DNA of 64,000 nt from Balamuthia mandrillaris (taxonomy: Eukaryota), in assembly GCA_031835245.2 (NCBI GenBank), contig JAVKOQ020000062.1:1-64000 (forward strand), given 5' to 3'. A program made the position numbers and the translations under genes. The first letter of the stretch is position 1; each line of letters starts with the position of its first letter. Shown here one piece after another: positions 1-14,123 of the stretch. The notes under the pieces are model-generated. The model was not told where the DNA came from and ran no database searches. It saw nothing but the letters and a program-made list of their open reading frames with translations.

Positions 1-1646
1 AACCTATAATAGCGCTAACTACTTTATCAGGGCTCATTCGTTGATGAAGGGGCAGTTCGATGACGTGAACACGAGGGCAAGCAAAATAGGAATCGTATTT
101 GGTAATGTTCTTCTCGTCGTCATTATCAATGGAGAAGAACTCAGGATTAACGTTGTGAGCGCCAACGTGCTGCACAAAGCTATCTGGCAATAAGCGTGCA
201 CGAGGAGAACGAGGCCGCCCACCGGAACCTTTCCAAGCGGATGGATGCAAGTGCATGGATAAGAGGGCATAGTCGCTGTCGTCGGGGGAGGGGGCTACCA
301 GCAAACGGCTGCAGTGGTTGGTTTTGTACAAGGACCACAGCAACAAGAGCTGGTTGACTCGGCGACAGGCCTCGTGGACAGCTGAACGAGCCGCCTCCAT
401 GACGAGAGTGCGCTGGTTCTCTGACAGGTCGCGCGTGTGAAAACGCAGGGTCACCAAGTTTTGTGTCTCTGTTGTCTGTGGTATAAGGATGAGCCAAAAC
501 TGTAGCTCTGGTGTCAGTGGTGATGCTTGTTCATGGTTTCTGTTGCTGGTAGGAGGAAATATTCTAGCTAACGAAGAAGCTTCCATGCCGGTAACTGCCT
601 TGTCATGCTCAGCAGTTGCTGAACTAGGTTTCTTCTGATTGCTGTTGATGGCGGAGGTACTAGGGCTGGACAGCCTTTCCACTAACTCACAAGTATTGAC
701 CGCGATAAACACATTGCCGACCCGTAGCAAGCGGAGAATGCAGGATTCTTGAAGTTGCATTAGAAATAGCTTCATGCCCTCTTTGCGTTCAAGGAATGGC
801 AAACGGATCGTATCGCTCCAAGTCAGAGGAAAAGGAAGAGAGTCAATATTAGACAGCACGGTATCGAGGGTAGCCCTTTTTGCCAAAAGGCTTGGCTGCG
901 CGTTGGTGCTAAGGCGAAGCAGATGCAGCACTTCCATAGATACCAGAGAGGATATCCTTTGCTGCAAAGCAGTCATGACGAGGTAGAAGGGGTGGGGTAG
1001 TTGAGTGTAGGACATGACGGAAGGAAGCAATGCGTTGTGATCTTGACCCTCCTCCTCAGTTTCTATGTCAGAGCCACTACTGTTGGATGTATCGTCATCG
1101 TAGAGATCCACCACATCAGAGACGCTGATGGAGGAGCCGTCACGACCAGCTGCCCAAAGAGAGCTGTGCCGCGAGTCGCTGTCTATCGAGTGGATTGGAG
1201 AGGAAGAAAGAGACAAGGCCCTTCGATTCGAAGATATTTCTCTTTGGTGATACTGTCTCTTGCCGTAGCTGCTGCTGGTGGTGGTGGCGGCGGCGGCGGT
1301 GGCGGCCCGACGCTGCTGCCGCAATAGCCTGGCCGATTCCTCCAGGTGGAATCGGCTGAAGGAATCGCCTGTGACGGACAAGGGGGCCAGCGTTCTTGCA
1401 GTGAAGCGTAATATGACTTGCACGCGATTATGGCTCCAATTCTGGGTTGAGAGGACCTCTTTATCAATGCCAGGCAGCTCTGCTTCAGCTTCAGCGAGGG
1501 CTGTTTGTATGAGCTCCGGTGTGGGAATTCCCTCCACAGGAATGACCTGCTCCCACGAAGAGGAGGTCGTTTTGCCACCGCTGTCCACAGCAGTGCCAGC
1601 ACCCACTATGGTTGCAGCGCGCTTCCGTCGTCCACCGGCGCCTCCA

Positions 1647-1677
<31 letters not shown>

Positions 1678-4213
1678 AAGAAGAAGAAGAAGGTAGAGGT
1701 GGCGAACCTAAAAAGGCTGGCATGGCGCTTACACTGGTAGGAGGAGGAGAGATAAAGGAACTGCCGGATGGCGGTGAAGGCTGTGGCAAGAGAAAAGTAG
1801 GGGATGGCAAATTAGCCGCCTCAGGGGAGTAGGGTTTGCCTCCATGATGGTTTATCCGCAGCAAGCACTCAACTTGCAGGAACAGCGGAAAGGGATAGAT
1901 AAGCAACTTTCTGCTGTGCTTTCTGTCAAGAATACTGGCAAGTTGGGAGGTAGAGGTGTGGGCGGAACTGCCACTATGATGGGAATGGTAGTTTTGTTGT
2001 TGGCGCAGCCGATTGCTGGAAGCAGTGACCTGGCTTTTTATGGGAGAGGAAGACACCAACTCGATGTCATACTCATCGTCTGATTTGATGAGAGGACTAC
2101 GATACTCTCGGGTAGGTGTGAAGAACTGCTCTTCTTCTTTCCAAAAAAGAGCGTGCTCTTCATCATAGCCATGGGCCTCCGCCTCTTCGTCATCTTCTCC
2201 TTCTTCCTCAGCTCCTGCCTCATCTTCCACACCGGTTGCCGTAGAAAGGCGTTGGGCATAAAAGAAAAACTCTCTACCTTTTCCGTCTTTCGATTTGACA
2301 AACGTCAGGTGCATGCAGTCATAAAACCGCTCCTGAAGAGTTTGTTGATATTCTTGCAATAACTGTTGCTTTTCAGCTTGCTGCCTGTTATCAGTTTTGC
2401 ACAGGATGCAAGGAAGAAGGGCAATAGATTGCTCAAAAAGTTAGCCAAGACAGACCAGAACAGGGCATGGAGTGGAGTATTGGTCTCCATAGTGGTCGGT
2501 CAATTCATTACCTTGCTGATGCGCTCTCGGCTTCTTTTGACCATGGCTCAAAGGCCGAAGATGGGACGGAAGTAGGAGGCATGCTGGTTGCACGCTTCCT
2601 TCGTTTTAGTACAATATCTTGTGTTTCTTTCCGAGTTAGCACGAAGGGCGTGATATCGACCTTGATAAATTCGGAACATTCTTAGAGAACAAAAAGCAAT
2701 AAAACCACTTCTTTTTCTTCTTCCTCCCCCTTTTCCTCTCCTCTCCTCTCCTCTCCTCTCTCTCTCTCTCTCTCTTTCTTAGGTTACAGCGACCTGTTAT
2801 CCATAAGAACATAGAACTCCAGCTACTACGTACTTCAAGTGGATATGAGATGCAACAATTGTGCGCACGTTCCAAGTCGTTCGGATGCACTGGGATGCCA
2901 TCTCTCAAAGCGGTGTAGACTGCTTTTACAAAGTTGCGCTCGTAGAGCTGTCGTACAGCTTGACAGAAAAGCATTGCAGAGGTGGTAAGTATGGGGTTAT
3001 TGCCTGTCAACGGCTGTAGAGGCTCGGGACTGGATTTCTCCAACTCGCTCTTGTTTTCTTCACTAACATCAGATGAGGAGGAACCATTGAAGAGGAAGTG
3101 TATCGCACTTCATGTCAACAAGACAGCAATAGGGTTAACTTCTCGCCAGGCATTACAATTAAAGTAGAGATAGGATAGGTACTCAGAATAGGGGTGTGTT
3201 TTCGAGAGATGCCCAACACGTTCTTTGGCACACTCGTAGAAATGAATTGTAACGGTATCTGCCCCATCCTCCTGGAGGGAATTGAGTGGTGGCAATACAG
3301 CCAGCACTACTCTAGTGTTGCTCATTAATTTGGCAAAGCATTGGTAGCTTTGGTGTGCCAGAAAAAAAAAGGAAGAGAGCGTGAGGAATAAGAGACAAAA
3401 GGGAGTAGCGAAGATAACTAAGAAGATATACCCTTTCAGGTCATGTATCTTAGAAGCCATAAGGCTAACATGGCTCCCAGGTTGGGCATGTTCTGCAGTG
3501 CGAGGGCTGATAACAGCAGTGCAATAGTTATCCTCATGGACAGGGAGCCTGCAATCAGAAAGAATGTAGAGGGTTTTACTAAGCATAGTGTGGATGCCTG
3601 CGTTTATCTGCTGAAATAAGGTCAGTGGAGAGTCCCGCTTCGCGGATTTTGCTTTGGTGCTTGGTTGTGCAGCACTCGGCGCTTCAGGTACCACTGCACT
3701 GGGCAGCCGTTGCAATAGAGAATATGTCTCTTCTGCATGAGTGCCAAACGCGATTAAACTATGCAAGTTGATACGGGGCCGCTGGTGTTGTGAGAGTTAG
3801 CTAACTGTATTCAACGAAGAAAAAGAAGAAGAAGAAAAGGAAACATTGGAGTTAGAAATGGGTAATGGCATACCTCTACCCAATATTGTGTAGCATCCCG
3901 TTGGCGGCGGGTTTTTCTGCGCCCATTGGATAGATTGCTTACTGGATCCGTTTTTGCTTGTGGGTTGTTCACTTGTTCAGCTATGTAATCAAACGAACAT
4001 AATGCCGAAATTATATTTCCGTCGGCGTGATGAAGTTCGGCTACAAGGCAATCAAACAGCTCCTCCTTGATAGAGAATACATACGTTAGACTTAGAAAAA
4101 CCTGGATAAAGGCACTCGGGAGGTAGGAAATTCATATTAGTAATTATGGCACTTTACTTACACTGGCAATGGTGTGTCTTTTGTGGTGGGCTAAGAATTG
4201 GAATTTCCTGGGA

Positions 4214-4265
<52 letters not shown>

Positions 4266-5408
4266 AGAATAAGGTGAGTCAACGATGCAGGAGAGAATAG
4301 GAACCAGTAACAAAAATAGTACCCATACTGCGGTTCCATCCATAACTCAGTGGCTATGATATTAGGTTCCCTGTGATAGAGAACGTATTGGAGAATACAC
4401 GGCAAGCCGCGAGGCATAGAATGCGTGCTTGATACTCGTAAGTGAATGTCCTAAGGTGAAAAATGTTATTTGATCGAAAGCGTACATGGCAACGCCATTA
4501 TGTAAATGGGCTACGACCCGAACTAACCTTAACAAATGATACAAAGTTGGAGGCTGTGGAAGTGGGCAACCACTGTTCTCGGATACGAGTAGCTACTAGT
4601 AGTTCTGTGGCAACGTTTCGAGTATCCGGAGAGGCAGACATTACCCATGCCCATCGCCGCTTCCACAGATGGGAGGTGAGTAGTGGCATTGTAGGAGATG
4701 GTGCTGTTGGCACAAATTTGTTGACATCTGTGGCTACTGCCTCTTCTTCCGCAGAAGTAAGAGACTGCGGATCATAACGAATGAGAACGGGACGAAAGAG
4801 CTTCGAGCAAAAGAAGAAAGGGCAGATCCTTGAATGAGATTCATGGCCCTTGTAATATGCATACTCGTCCTATAGAGAAGAGAAGCAATGAGGTTGGTTC
4901 TTGCGTACAATAGATTGTCCACAAACTGGGAATTATAGAGAAGGTACAAGCTTACGTACCACAGGAACAGTCGCCTCTGCTAGTTGTTGCTTGAATTCAG
5001 CAAAAGAGCTAATCCTAGTGCTAGTTGGTGCAAAGTATGCCAAATGTAATGCCACAAGGCTGTTAGTCTCCCAACTTAAGCGTAGCAAACAGAAGGCACC
5101 AATGGAGTTCTGCAACAAGTGAAGATATTAGCCACTTTTGATTTTTGTTTCGAAAGTTAATCTACCTGTGGATAGGATCCTCCAAGGCCAGATGTTGCTG
5201 AACGGTCGCATGCATTCAACAGCTTTACGAATATGGAATGAGAAAAGTTAAAAGTGCTCCATTTTGTACAAAAGGCAAGCAGTGCTTCTCGAGCTCTCCG
5301 ATACTGAAAATCTCCTCCTGTTCCAGCTAGGAGAAAAAAACAAATTTATGGTAGCTATCGTGAGAAAAATAAAATAGGAGGAATAGAATCACAGGAAGGT
5401 CACGAGGG

Positions 5409-5452
<44 letters not shown>

Positions 5453-8077
5453 CAGGTATTAGCGTTAGAGTCCCAGCCTGAATGAAGGAAAAAGAGATTA
5501 TCCTCTTTGAGGACGACTTCCACCTTTTCAGTACTAAACCATCGGTGTAACCGTCCACGTAGTGATGGTAGAAGGGAAGAAAATTCTTTCTTAGCCTCTT
5601 CTAAGGGATTATGTTGGCGACGATCTGTGTTCTCATCTTGCTTTAGGGTGGTACTGCGACAAAGGGTAGTCATTAAGTTACTTTTGGAAACCAGGGAACG
5701 CAGAACTCTATCCGTTTGGCTCAGTTGGTGCAGGAATTTGTGTAATGGGGAGCTTTGCCCCAACGTTAATTGGTGCGCCTGTTTGCGGAGAGACAGAGAC
5801 AGAGACAGAGACAGAGACAGAGACAGAGACAGAGACAGAGACAGAGACAGAGACAGAGACAGAGACAGAGACAGAGACAGAGAATGCGTTAGATGTTGAT
5901 GTCGTGGCTGTATATAGGTTGGGATACATACACCCCCTTTCTGTAATAGGTCAAACCGATGAATAAATTGTGGGAATGCAAGGACATTAATGGTGATCTG
6001 CATAACCTTGCCCGTTTGTGCTTTGGGGTCGTTGCATTCAACGCTATATTCGATAACAACGTCAGGTTGCCATGCGAGCGAGAGCCCCAGGGAGAATGAC
6101 TGTTCAGAGTCATATGATATCCCGCTTAGATAGAACCCTTCTTGAAGTCTAACATCGAGCAATTGCCAAAGGCTTACTTCCGGCAGGTCATATTCTTTCC
6201 ATTTAGTCTTGCTCCGGCCCAATATAGCAGAGGGTTGTGGAGGAGCAGCGTGGTCGGTATTCCAAGGGAACGGGATGTTGAGATCTGGGTACTCATTGTC
6301 TTCTTGCCCTTTGTCAAGATTCAACCCATGCTCTTGCTCTTTGAAATAGCAAAAGTCTTTCAATAGGAGGTTGAATTGTAGTGCGGTGGCTCTCATACAA
6401 GCATAAAATCTCGCACGTGTTCCTGTAGTCCCGTCCGTTTCGTATAGCAGTTGGAAATTATTGGCACAGTCTTGGATTAACCGCATGAAATTACCCCCTG
6501 TGTGTAGCGATAGATAACGCAGCATTTCTATAGATTTTAAGGAAACAAGTGAGCATTATCATTTGGGTCTAAGTGTATCAGAGAAGAAGAGGAAGAGGAG
6601 GAAGATGAGGAGGAGAAGAGCAACGAGGAGTGACCTGTATCGGGAACATAGCCAAAAAGGCAATGCACAGCCCTGTTGGAGTCTAACTGTATGACAGAAC
6701 AAGCAATATCCTCTCTGTTAAGCAGCATAACATAGTTGTCATAGGACCGAAGGTCCGGCAGTGCGGAGACCCCATCTGTCATCAGTACAAGTGGTTAAGG
6801 ATGTAATTGTTGTCGAGCATACCTCAGCTATCTCACTATCAAATCTACATTACAATCAATCTTAAAAGGATATGAACTATAACTGGACACGCATCGCGGG
6901 GTAACATGGTGAGAGCAAACACAGAGTTTTGTAATGTGCTTCTTAGATCAGGAGCCAGAGGAGTAAGCCTGTTGTTGTTCACTCAAAGCTTTCAGATGTG
7001 GGAATAGGAAAGAGTAGAACAGTAGAAGAGGATCAAGGGAAAAAGCAAACGCGTCGAATAACACAATAAAACAAGGAACAAGCTAGAAAACAACAACGAA
7101 GAATTGAAAGGAGAACGCACTGTTGTTGATACAGGCGAGCAAAACTACACTCTAGTTGCTTAAGCTGCGCCTTGAGCTTGCGAATAACGGGCCGCACGTT
7201 GCTCGAAGTGAGTAAACAACCTTGGAGTAGAGTACTAAATGTGGTCGTGGCCGTCCCTTGTGCTATTACGGAGATATAAAGTTCTGGTACGATCTACGGG
7301 GCGCAACAACAGCAAAGCAAGCATTAGTACACAGCACTTGAGATGAATACAGAGCTAACGTACTTGAAGGTTGAGAGCAGGAACAGTGATGGGTTTCACC
7401 AGATCCAGTAAACATTGTTTTAGAGCGGGCAGAACCTGGTCCAAGACGATGGTATCATTGCCTGCACACAAAGTAGCCATGGAGGGGCTCACATCTAAAC
7501 TGAACACTACACGATACTTGCAGTAGATGGTGGCAACTTGGGAGCGGGCATGCAAAGCTAGGACTGGTGCTGTTGATGTAGGCTGCGCCGCTGAGGAGGG
7601 TTCCCTATCCTCCTCTCCTTTGGCTTGCCTCAGCCGTTGTAGTTTTTCCTCTTGTGCTCGCTGTTGCTTGCGCTGTTGTTTGGAGCAGCGAAGCAGCAGC
7701 CCTTCCTTCAAAAACGTGTCCTTACTACTTTCTGATAACAGGCAGTAGGGTGGTGGAGGCAGCTCCACAGCTTCCTCCTCCTCCTCTTCCTGTTGCCCCG
7801 ACTGGTAGGAGTAAAGCAAGTGAGCAGCTAGCGCGGTAGCGTTGTTGGTAAAGTGATCATTTGCACGTCGTGACTCAGGGTCTTGTGTGCTCGGCAGTAA
7901 CTCTGCTGAAGGGTCACTTTTGCGTGCCAACAGCTGCTGAAGGAACCACGACGTTCTTTCTTTCCTTGCAAAGGTGGAGTGGTCTTGAGCTAGCAAGCAC
8001 ACGCTATCATGAGAGCCACAATGGTGAAAAGTAGAGTGGCCACTTGTAAGCTCCTCCTCTGTAGGTAGCAGTGACAT
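1..8077 (-). CDS. SZT2: SZT2-like protein (KICSTOR scaffold), multi-exon, 3' end runs off the window start
   Basis: ATG at 8077. Exon peptides YRVVFSLDVSPSMATL...VLDQVLPALKQCLLDLVKPITVP (7355-7520), MTDGVSALPDL..YDNYVMLLNREDIACSVIQL...FGYVPD (6630-6782) and LLDVRLQEGF...LSLAWQPDVVIEY (5389-6525) match the SZT2 N-terminal architecture as I recall it. Further minus-strand exons separated by GT-AG introns continue to base 1. Confidence 0.8.
5790..5883. repeat. (AGAGAC)n microsatellite in SZT2 intron
   Basis: Tandem hexamer. Confidence 0.97.
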
Positions 8078-8527
8078 CTGTTGTTTTGCTTGCCAGCAAG
8101 GTGAGCCAATCTTCGGTAACCAAACGGAAGAAAAGCAAACAAATGATGGTGGCAGAAGTAAGTGATAGCGGGGGGAGGGGGGGATAAAACTGGCGGTCAG
8201 AGTGAGGGCGGCGCAAAGATCATAAGGTCAAAAGGGTTCCGTCAGCTCCCATCTCTCTCTCTCTCTTCTTTCTTTTCGTTGTTCAAGGGGGGAGCACCCC
8301 TCAAGCACCCACTGTTGTTGATTTGCCCCCCACTGAGCTTCTCTCTGAGAATCTCTCTCTTCCTTCACAACGGCGCTATCCATCGCGTGAGCGCTGCAAG
8401 TGTTTTCACAAGCTGCTGTTTTTTTTTGTCCCCCTTCTTCTCTCTGAGAATCTCTCTCTCTTTCTCTCTCTCTGCAAAGACGTTTTATTAAAACAGTGGC
8501 GGAGCAGAGCTGTGAGAAGCTCTCTGC

Positions 8528-11500
8528 TCAAGAAGGCCGGAGAAACATATGATCATCCAAGGCAAGCATAATGCGTACCGTAACCACTAAACATGCAACA
8601 AGAGCAAAGGGAACAAAGACAATGACCGAAGCATTCCACCAAGATGACCGTTCGTTCCCCTTGTCGTATGGCAACATACTGCCAGGCCGTGCATATTGCA
8701 AGGATTTGGCTTGTCCAAGTTCCATGACCTCCTCTTGGAGCTGTTGTATCAGCTTTTCTTTTTCTTCAAGTCGTTGAAGTAGCTTCTCGCGCTGTTGTTT
8801 TTCTTCACTCCGTACTTGTGCTACAGCTTGTTCCACTGCCTCTTTTGCCTGCACTTGATCCATCCTTTCACCTTGGTGCTGGCTGATCTCTTCTGTCCTT
8901 CTTTTAAGCTCTTCCTGAAGCCTCTTGACTTCTATCTCTTTCGCTTTCACCTCATCTGTTTTCTGCATTACCAATCGCTCGTTCTCCAGTTTTTGGTTTT
9001 CCAGGTTCTGAGATATCCGTTGTTGCTCCGCTAAAGCATCGTCTCTCTGACGTAGAAGTACATCTTTATCCGCCTTGAGCTTTTTAATAATATCATCCTG
9101 CTCTTGAAGCTGTCGGGTTAGATTCTCTTGCTTTTCCTTTTCTCTGTTTGCTCCTCCTTCTTTTTCTTGGTCAAAAGCTTCTAGCTGTTCGCGGAGCAAT
9201 TTGACTTCTTCCTCTTTAGCTTTCAGTTCATCTGTTTTTTGATTGTATTGCTCAACCAAGGCTTGATGTGCTTGGTGTTGTTCTTCTAAGGCTTTGTCTT
9301 TTTGTGTGGACTGTCGTTGAAGTGCTATAAGTTGTTGTTGGAGTTTGTTGAGTTCTATATCTTGGCCTTCAGATGTACCCTGCTGTTGCTGAGACTTCTC
9401 TTCAAGCTGAATCCGTTTAAGTTCAAGTTCAGCATCAAGGTCACAAATCCTTTTCTCGTTGTTCTTCATGATGCGGTCCAGCTGCTGTAAGTGTGCTTCT
9501 TTTTCCGCGAGCTGCTCAGCCTGCCGTTTTAGAGATGAATTCATCTGTAGTTGTTCTTCTTGTAACCTCTTTAATTCATCCTCCAACTTTTCGTTCTGTT
9601 CTTGAGCTGCCGATAAGTCCTCTTGATACTCCTCAAACCTGTTTTCTGCTTCTTCTAACTGTGCCTCTAGTTGTGATTTTTCTGCTCGTAACGCGTCATA
9701 CTTTTCCTTCAGTTCTGTTTGTTCTTTCAGCAAATTATTTTGTAATTGGTTTTGAATTAAAACCATTTTGTCTTTCTCCCGATCCATTTCCTCCATTCCC
9801 TCTGTGACTGACTTCTCAAGCGCGTCTCTCTCGTTTTTTAGCTGCTCCACTTTTTGAGACTCATCCGCCAGCTGAAAGGTCAATTCTTGCACCTTTTCTT
9901 GAAGCTCCCCGTTTTCTTTCTCTACTTCCTGCCGAGCGCTTCTCTCCATTTCTATCTTACGTTTAAATGCGTCTATCTTCTTGAGAAGCACAGAATTTGG
10001 AACGTTCTGAGGTAATCGGTAGTCAGTCTCGTTACGAGGATAAGACTTGGGAAGAGTGATGAAAGTAATAACAATATTAATCGCAACATTAACATACCTT
10101 GAAATCAAAGTTGTCTGAAGTATGCCCATTATCAACCACACTGCCGCCATAACCTTCATCTACCGAGATTGGACCGAGAGACTCTTCCAGGCCCCCTCCC
10201 GAAAGCTTATCCAAGCTATCCTCCCCTTCAAACGGAATAACTTCATGTACATCCTCTAGCTCTCCCAGTTCTGAAGCCAAGGACTGCAAAGAAGAAGGTA
10301 AGCGAGAAAGCAAAGTAAAATGTAATGAAAATTAAGGATGTCACAAACACACTGACATAATAAAACAATTGTTGAATGGAGGAGAAGGAATACCTGACAA
10401 ACCTCACCAGAAGGTGGTGGTGTTGCCGCTTCTTTACGTCGATTCTTCAGAGAGTCATTGATTGCTCTGGTCTCTTTTAGAGCCTTCTCAAGACCCTCTT
10501 TTTCTTTCACTAGGGCTAGGATCTGTGCTCGAAAGCTTGACGTCAGTGATTCCTCCAGATTTTTTTCTGTACGCTCTTTCTCTTCCTGTAGCTGTGAGAC
10601 GACCCAAAAGCAACTGTGTTAATCACTGATGAAGAGTAAAGATTGAGTTCGCAGACGCAGAGTACTTTGAGCAGCTGATCTTCAAACTTTTTTTTAAGGG
10701 CAGCGTCCGATTTTACTTCTTCCAGTTGTGCGCTAAGGTCTGCAACTTTTTGTTCGCTATCTTTCAATTGTTGTTTCGTCTGCTGCAAAAGCTCTTTCCG
10801 AGTCGAAGGTTATCAGCAATAAGCAAAAGCGTGCATTTGATACTGAAGAAGAGGTCGTACCATCGTTCTGTGTGCGCAGCTTAATATTCTCTTTTTTTAA
10901 AACTTCGATTTGTTCATTTAACTTGTTTTCACTATCTTTTAAAGATTCCACCTGGATCAGCCGCACAGGATAAGTAATGAGAAATGAAGGATGGTTGACA
11001 GTTGAGATTATTTTACCTGGGAAGAGAGATCCATCATCTTTTTCCTGTTTAATTGAGTACTTGCGTCCTTCTTGTTACCTTCTTTTAGAAGTGATTGTGC
11101 TTCCTCCAGTTCAAATGCCTGTCTATCCAACTGTCCCTCTAAGATTTTTAGTTGCTGTACATCAAAGTGAATTATATCAGTGATATTACATTATGCAAGG
11201 TGGTTTAGCACCCATGAAGATGTTACCTCTTTTAGCTTGTCTCGCTCTTGGCGATAGGTTTGCAGCTCGCGCTTGAGTTCCGCTACACTTTGCGATTGCT
11301 GAAACGAGGAAAAGAGCCAAACCAGGATGCAACGTTAAGACTGGGCCAATACCACAGCAAACCAACGAGAACCCACCAACACCAACAAACTCAACCTACC
11401 TCGATTCCTGATCCAGCGCCATGCTCGGTCTGCAACTCCAATACCTCTTCCTGATCAAACTCGGACTGCTCATCATTTTCTCGCTCGGTTACTCCTGCAC

Positions 11501-11981
11501 CGACTTGAAAGGCTCTCTGGAAGTCTGCCCAGCTTATCTTGCCATCATTGTCAGAGTCTGATGATTATTGAAGGAGAGGAGGATAGGTTAGGAAGCAGCG
11601 AACCCAGCTTGTTCGGCCAGCTGCAAAGATTCAAATAACTATGGTCGAGTGCTTGTGTGAGACACAATGGGAGTGCGCACCAAGCACCGGGAAAAGCTGA
11701 TCGGCGTCCCAATCGGGTCCAACCTGAGAGACACGCCTAAACTTTTTCAGCATTGTGTGAAGCTCTTCTTTGCTCAGGCAGCCATCCTGTGAATAGGAGA
11801 AAGGAGGGGGAAAGAGGCCGCCACCGACCCCATCCAGTCAGCAGCGAACACCAGAATATTGGAAAGAATAAAAGGCCACGAAGAGAACCTTGTCAATGTC
11901 ACTTTCCTCAAACATCGAGCGGAGGAGGTCCAAAGACGCTTCCAGTCCGTTTATCGAGTTCCTGCTCCTCACTTCAGACAT
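8528..11981 (-). CDS. EF-hand pair + long coiled-coil + C-terminal transmembrane (tail-anchored, KASH-like) protein, multi-exon
   Basis: Spliced N-terminus reads MSEVRSRNSINGLEASLDLLRSMFEESDIDK/DGCLSKEELHTMLKK...DQLFPVL/DSDNDGKISWADFQRAF (two EF-hand loops). Several E/K/Q-rich heptad exons follow, including 8528-10020. The protein ends WWNASVIVFVPFALVACLVVTVRIMLALDDHMFLRPS*. Confidence 0.8.
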
Positions 11982-12352
11982 GACGGCGAGAGAGGTTGCT
12001 TGGAACCGTTCACCGATTCCCTTTCTCCACCTTTACTTTGCTAGCTGCTACCCTCCTGCCGCCGTTGTTATTCCACGCAAACCAAAGGACAACAATGACA
12101 ACAACACTGGCAAAGACAGGTCTGTCTGTCTGTCTGTCTGGCAAGGGGGTCCACTGCAACCGCCGTTCTCTTCCTCTGCTGCTGCTGCTGCTGCCTGGCA
12201 AACAAAACCGTTGTCGTGTTGTTTGTCGTTGTGGTGGTGGTGGTGTTTGGGGGAGCCGTTGGCCGCAGAGTGTGTGCTTGCTTGGGGGGTACCACCGACA
12301 CCCCCTGCATTTATGCAACCTATTAGGAGGTTAGAATGGCGAGGCCCCCACC

Positions 12353-14123
12353 ATGTCGACGGAATTCGCAAGAGAAAAAAGAACCTACAACGAACAACAA
12401 AGAAGAAGCAGCAAGGCCTGGCTGCTGTTGCTGTTCATTGCCATGTTTGTGCGGGAACGCCTCCAACTGCTTATGGTCCTGCTACTGGCAGCAAGTGAAG
12501 TGAGGGCAGAAGAAGAGTGGGATGTGGTGGTGTATGGAGCAACCCCTGCTGGCATTTCAGCCGCTCTGGCTGCGGTAGAGGTGAACAGTAGGGTGCGAGT
12601 GCTGCTCATAGAGCCAACCAGGGAAATAGGAGGCATGGTCACCGCAGGAGGCATTGGAATGCGAGACTTTAGAGTGGAACAAAGACTGACCGGGAAGCTA
12701 TTGCAATGGGCCATGACCAACGCGGCGCACTATGGTGTCAGCTATCCGGTTTGGCAGCCTGATAACTGGGTGGGCAACAGAACTTTTTGGAGCATGCTGG
12801 AGGAAGCGGGTATACCAGTGGTGCTGGGAGCACGCATGCAAGAGGGACCAGCCGGCGTGCAAGTGGTAGGAGGTCGCCGGATAAGCAGATTACATACGGT
12901 GGACGGGCGAAGTTTTGCATTATCCAGGAATGCGGTGGTGGTGGACGCTTCCTACGAAGGAGAGGTGATGATGGGGGCGGGAGTGAGTTACACGTGGGGA
13001 CGGGAGGCTCGCACCACCTACAACGAGTCTTATGGAGGTATTATTGGGAGCTCCGCTGCCCAGTTTAAGCTAGCTGTGGATGCACAGTGGGCCAACGGCA
13101 CATTGCTCCACTATGTAACAAAGGGACCGGACCCACGCACTCATATTGGACAAGCGGATAGGAATGTAATGGCCTACTCCTACAGGGTGTGCTTGACCAC
13201 CAACCGCACCAATCAGGCCCCATTCACTCCGCCCCCTGCCTACCACACTGCTGACTTTGAGATTGCACGGCGATACTTGCAGGAGGAGCTCAAGGCTTTT
13301 GGTGAAGCTGGCGTTGACCAACCATGGGGAAACCTGCGCTACCGCTCTTACCCTCCTGCAAACAAGTTCGATGCCTGCTGTGGGAATGCCTCGGTTGGCA
13401 TAGACCCCCCTGGTCTCGCAGTTGGCTATCCCAATGGCACTCTGACTGACCGCCAGCGCATCGCTGCTGCTCATCGTTATTATGTTCAAGGCCTCTTGTG
13501 GTTCTGGGCTGGCGACCCTCATTCAGGCGTGCCCGATAGCCTACGCAATGCCATTCTTCAGTATGGCCTCTGTGCTGACGAATGGCCTCAGAATGACCAT
13601 TGGCCTCCCCAGTTGTATGTGCGTGAGGCAGTCCGCATGCTTGGGCAACGTATCTTCTCCCAAAATGACCGTGTGGCTGCTAGCTGTGATTCCTGTCGCC
13701 CAGATAGCATTGCCTTGGGGGATTGGGGATTTGACATTCATGAGATGGAAAGAGTGGCAGTGCCTGCCAACTACACGGCCTCCAAAACACAAGCTTACAA
13801 TGAGGGGTTAACCCCTCCTGGCCAAGGCGGATTCTTTGTCTTTGAGATTCCCTAACGCTGTCTTAACTCCCAAGCAAACGGATTGTGTCAACTTACTTGT
13901 TCCCAACTGCCCTTCGGTCAGCCACGTTGCCTTTGCTGCTATTCGAGAGGAGCCCACCCTATGGCAGCTTGGTGCTGCAAGCGGTATAGCTGCTACACTT
14001 GTGGCCAGCAACATGTTCCCCACGGTGCAGTCTGTTAAGCCCTCTGTAGTTGCTGCCTTGTTGCAAAAGCAAGGAATTGTAACACATTGGCCTGCTCGTC
14101 CTCATTGTGCTTGTTATTTATAA
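12353..14123 (+). CDS. Intronless FAD-dependent oxidoreductase (FAD_oxidored-type) with signal-peptide-like N-terminus; one +1 frameshift near 13853
   Basis: Rossmann motif WDVVVYGATPAGISAALAA..., plus VVVDASYEGE, SYTWGRE and PPQLYVREAVRMLG. The ORF stops at EIP* (13855), but the family C-terminus (LTPK..CVNLLVPNCPSVSHVAFAAIREEPTLWQLGAASG) continues in another frame to 14123. Confidence 0.85.

Noticed and set aside
11753..12498. Several overlapping short ORFs
   Set aside because: Antisense to the first exons of the EF-hand gene, or low-complexity divergent promoter/UTR sequence.
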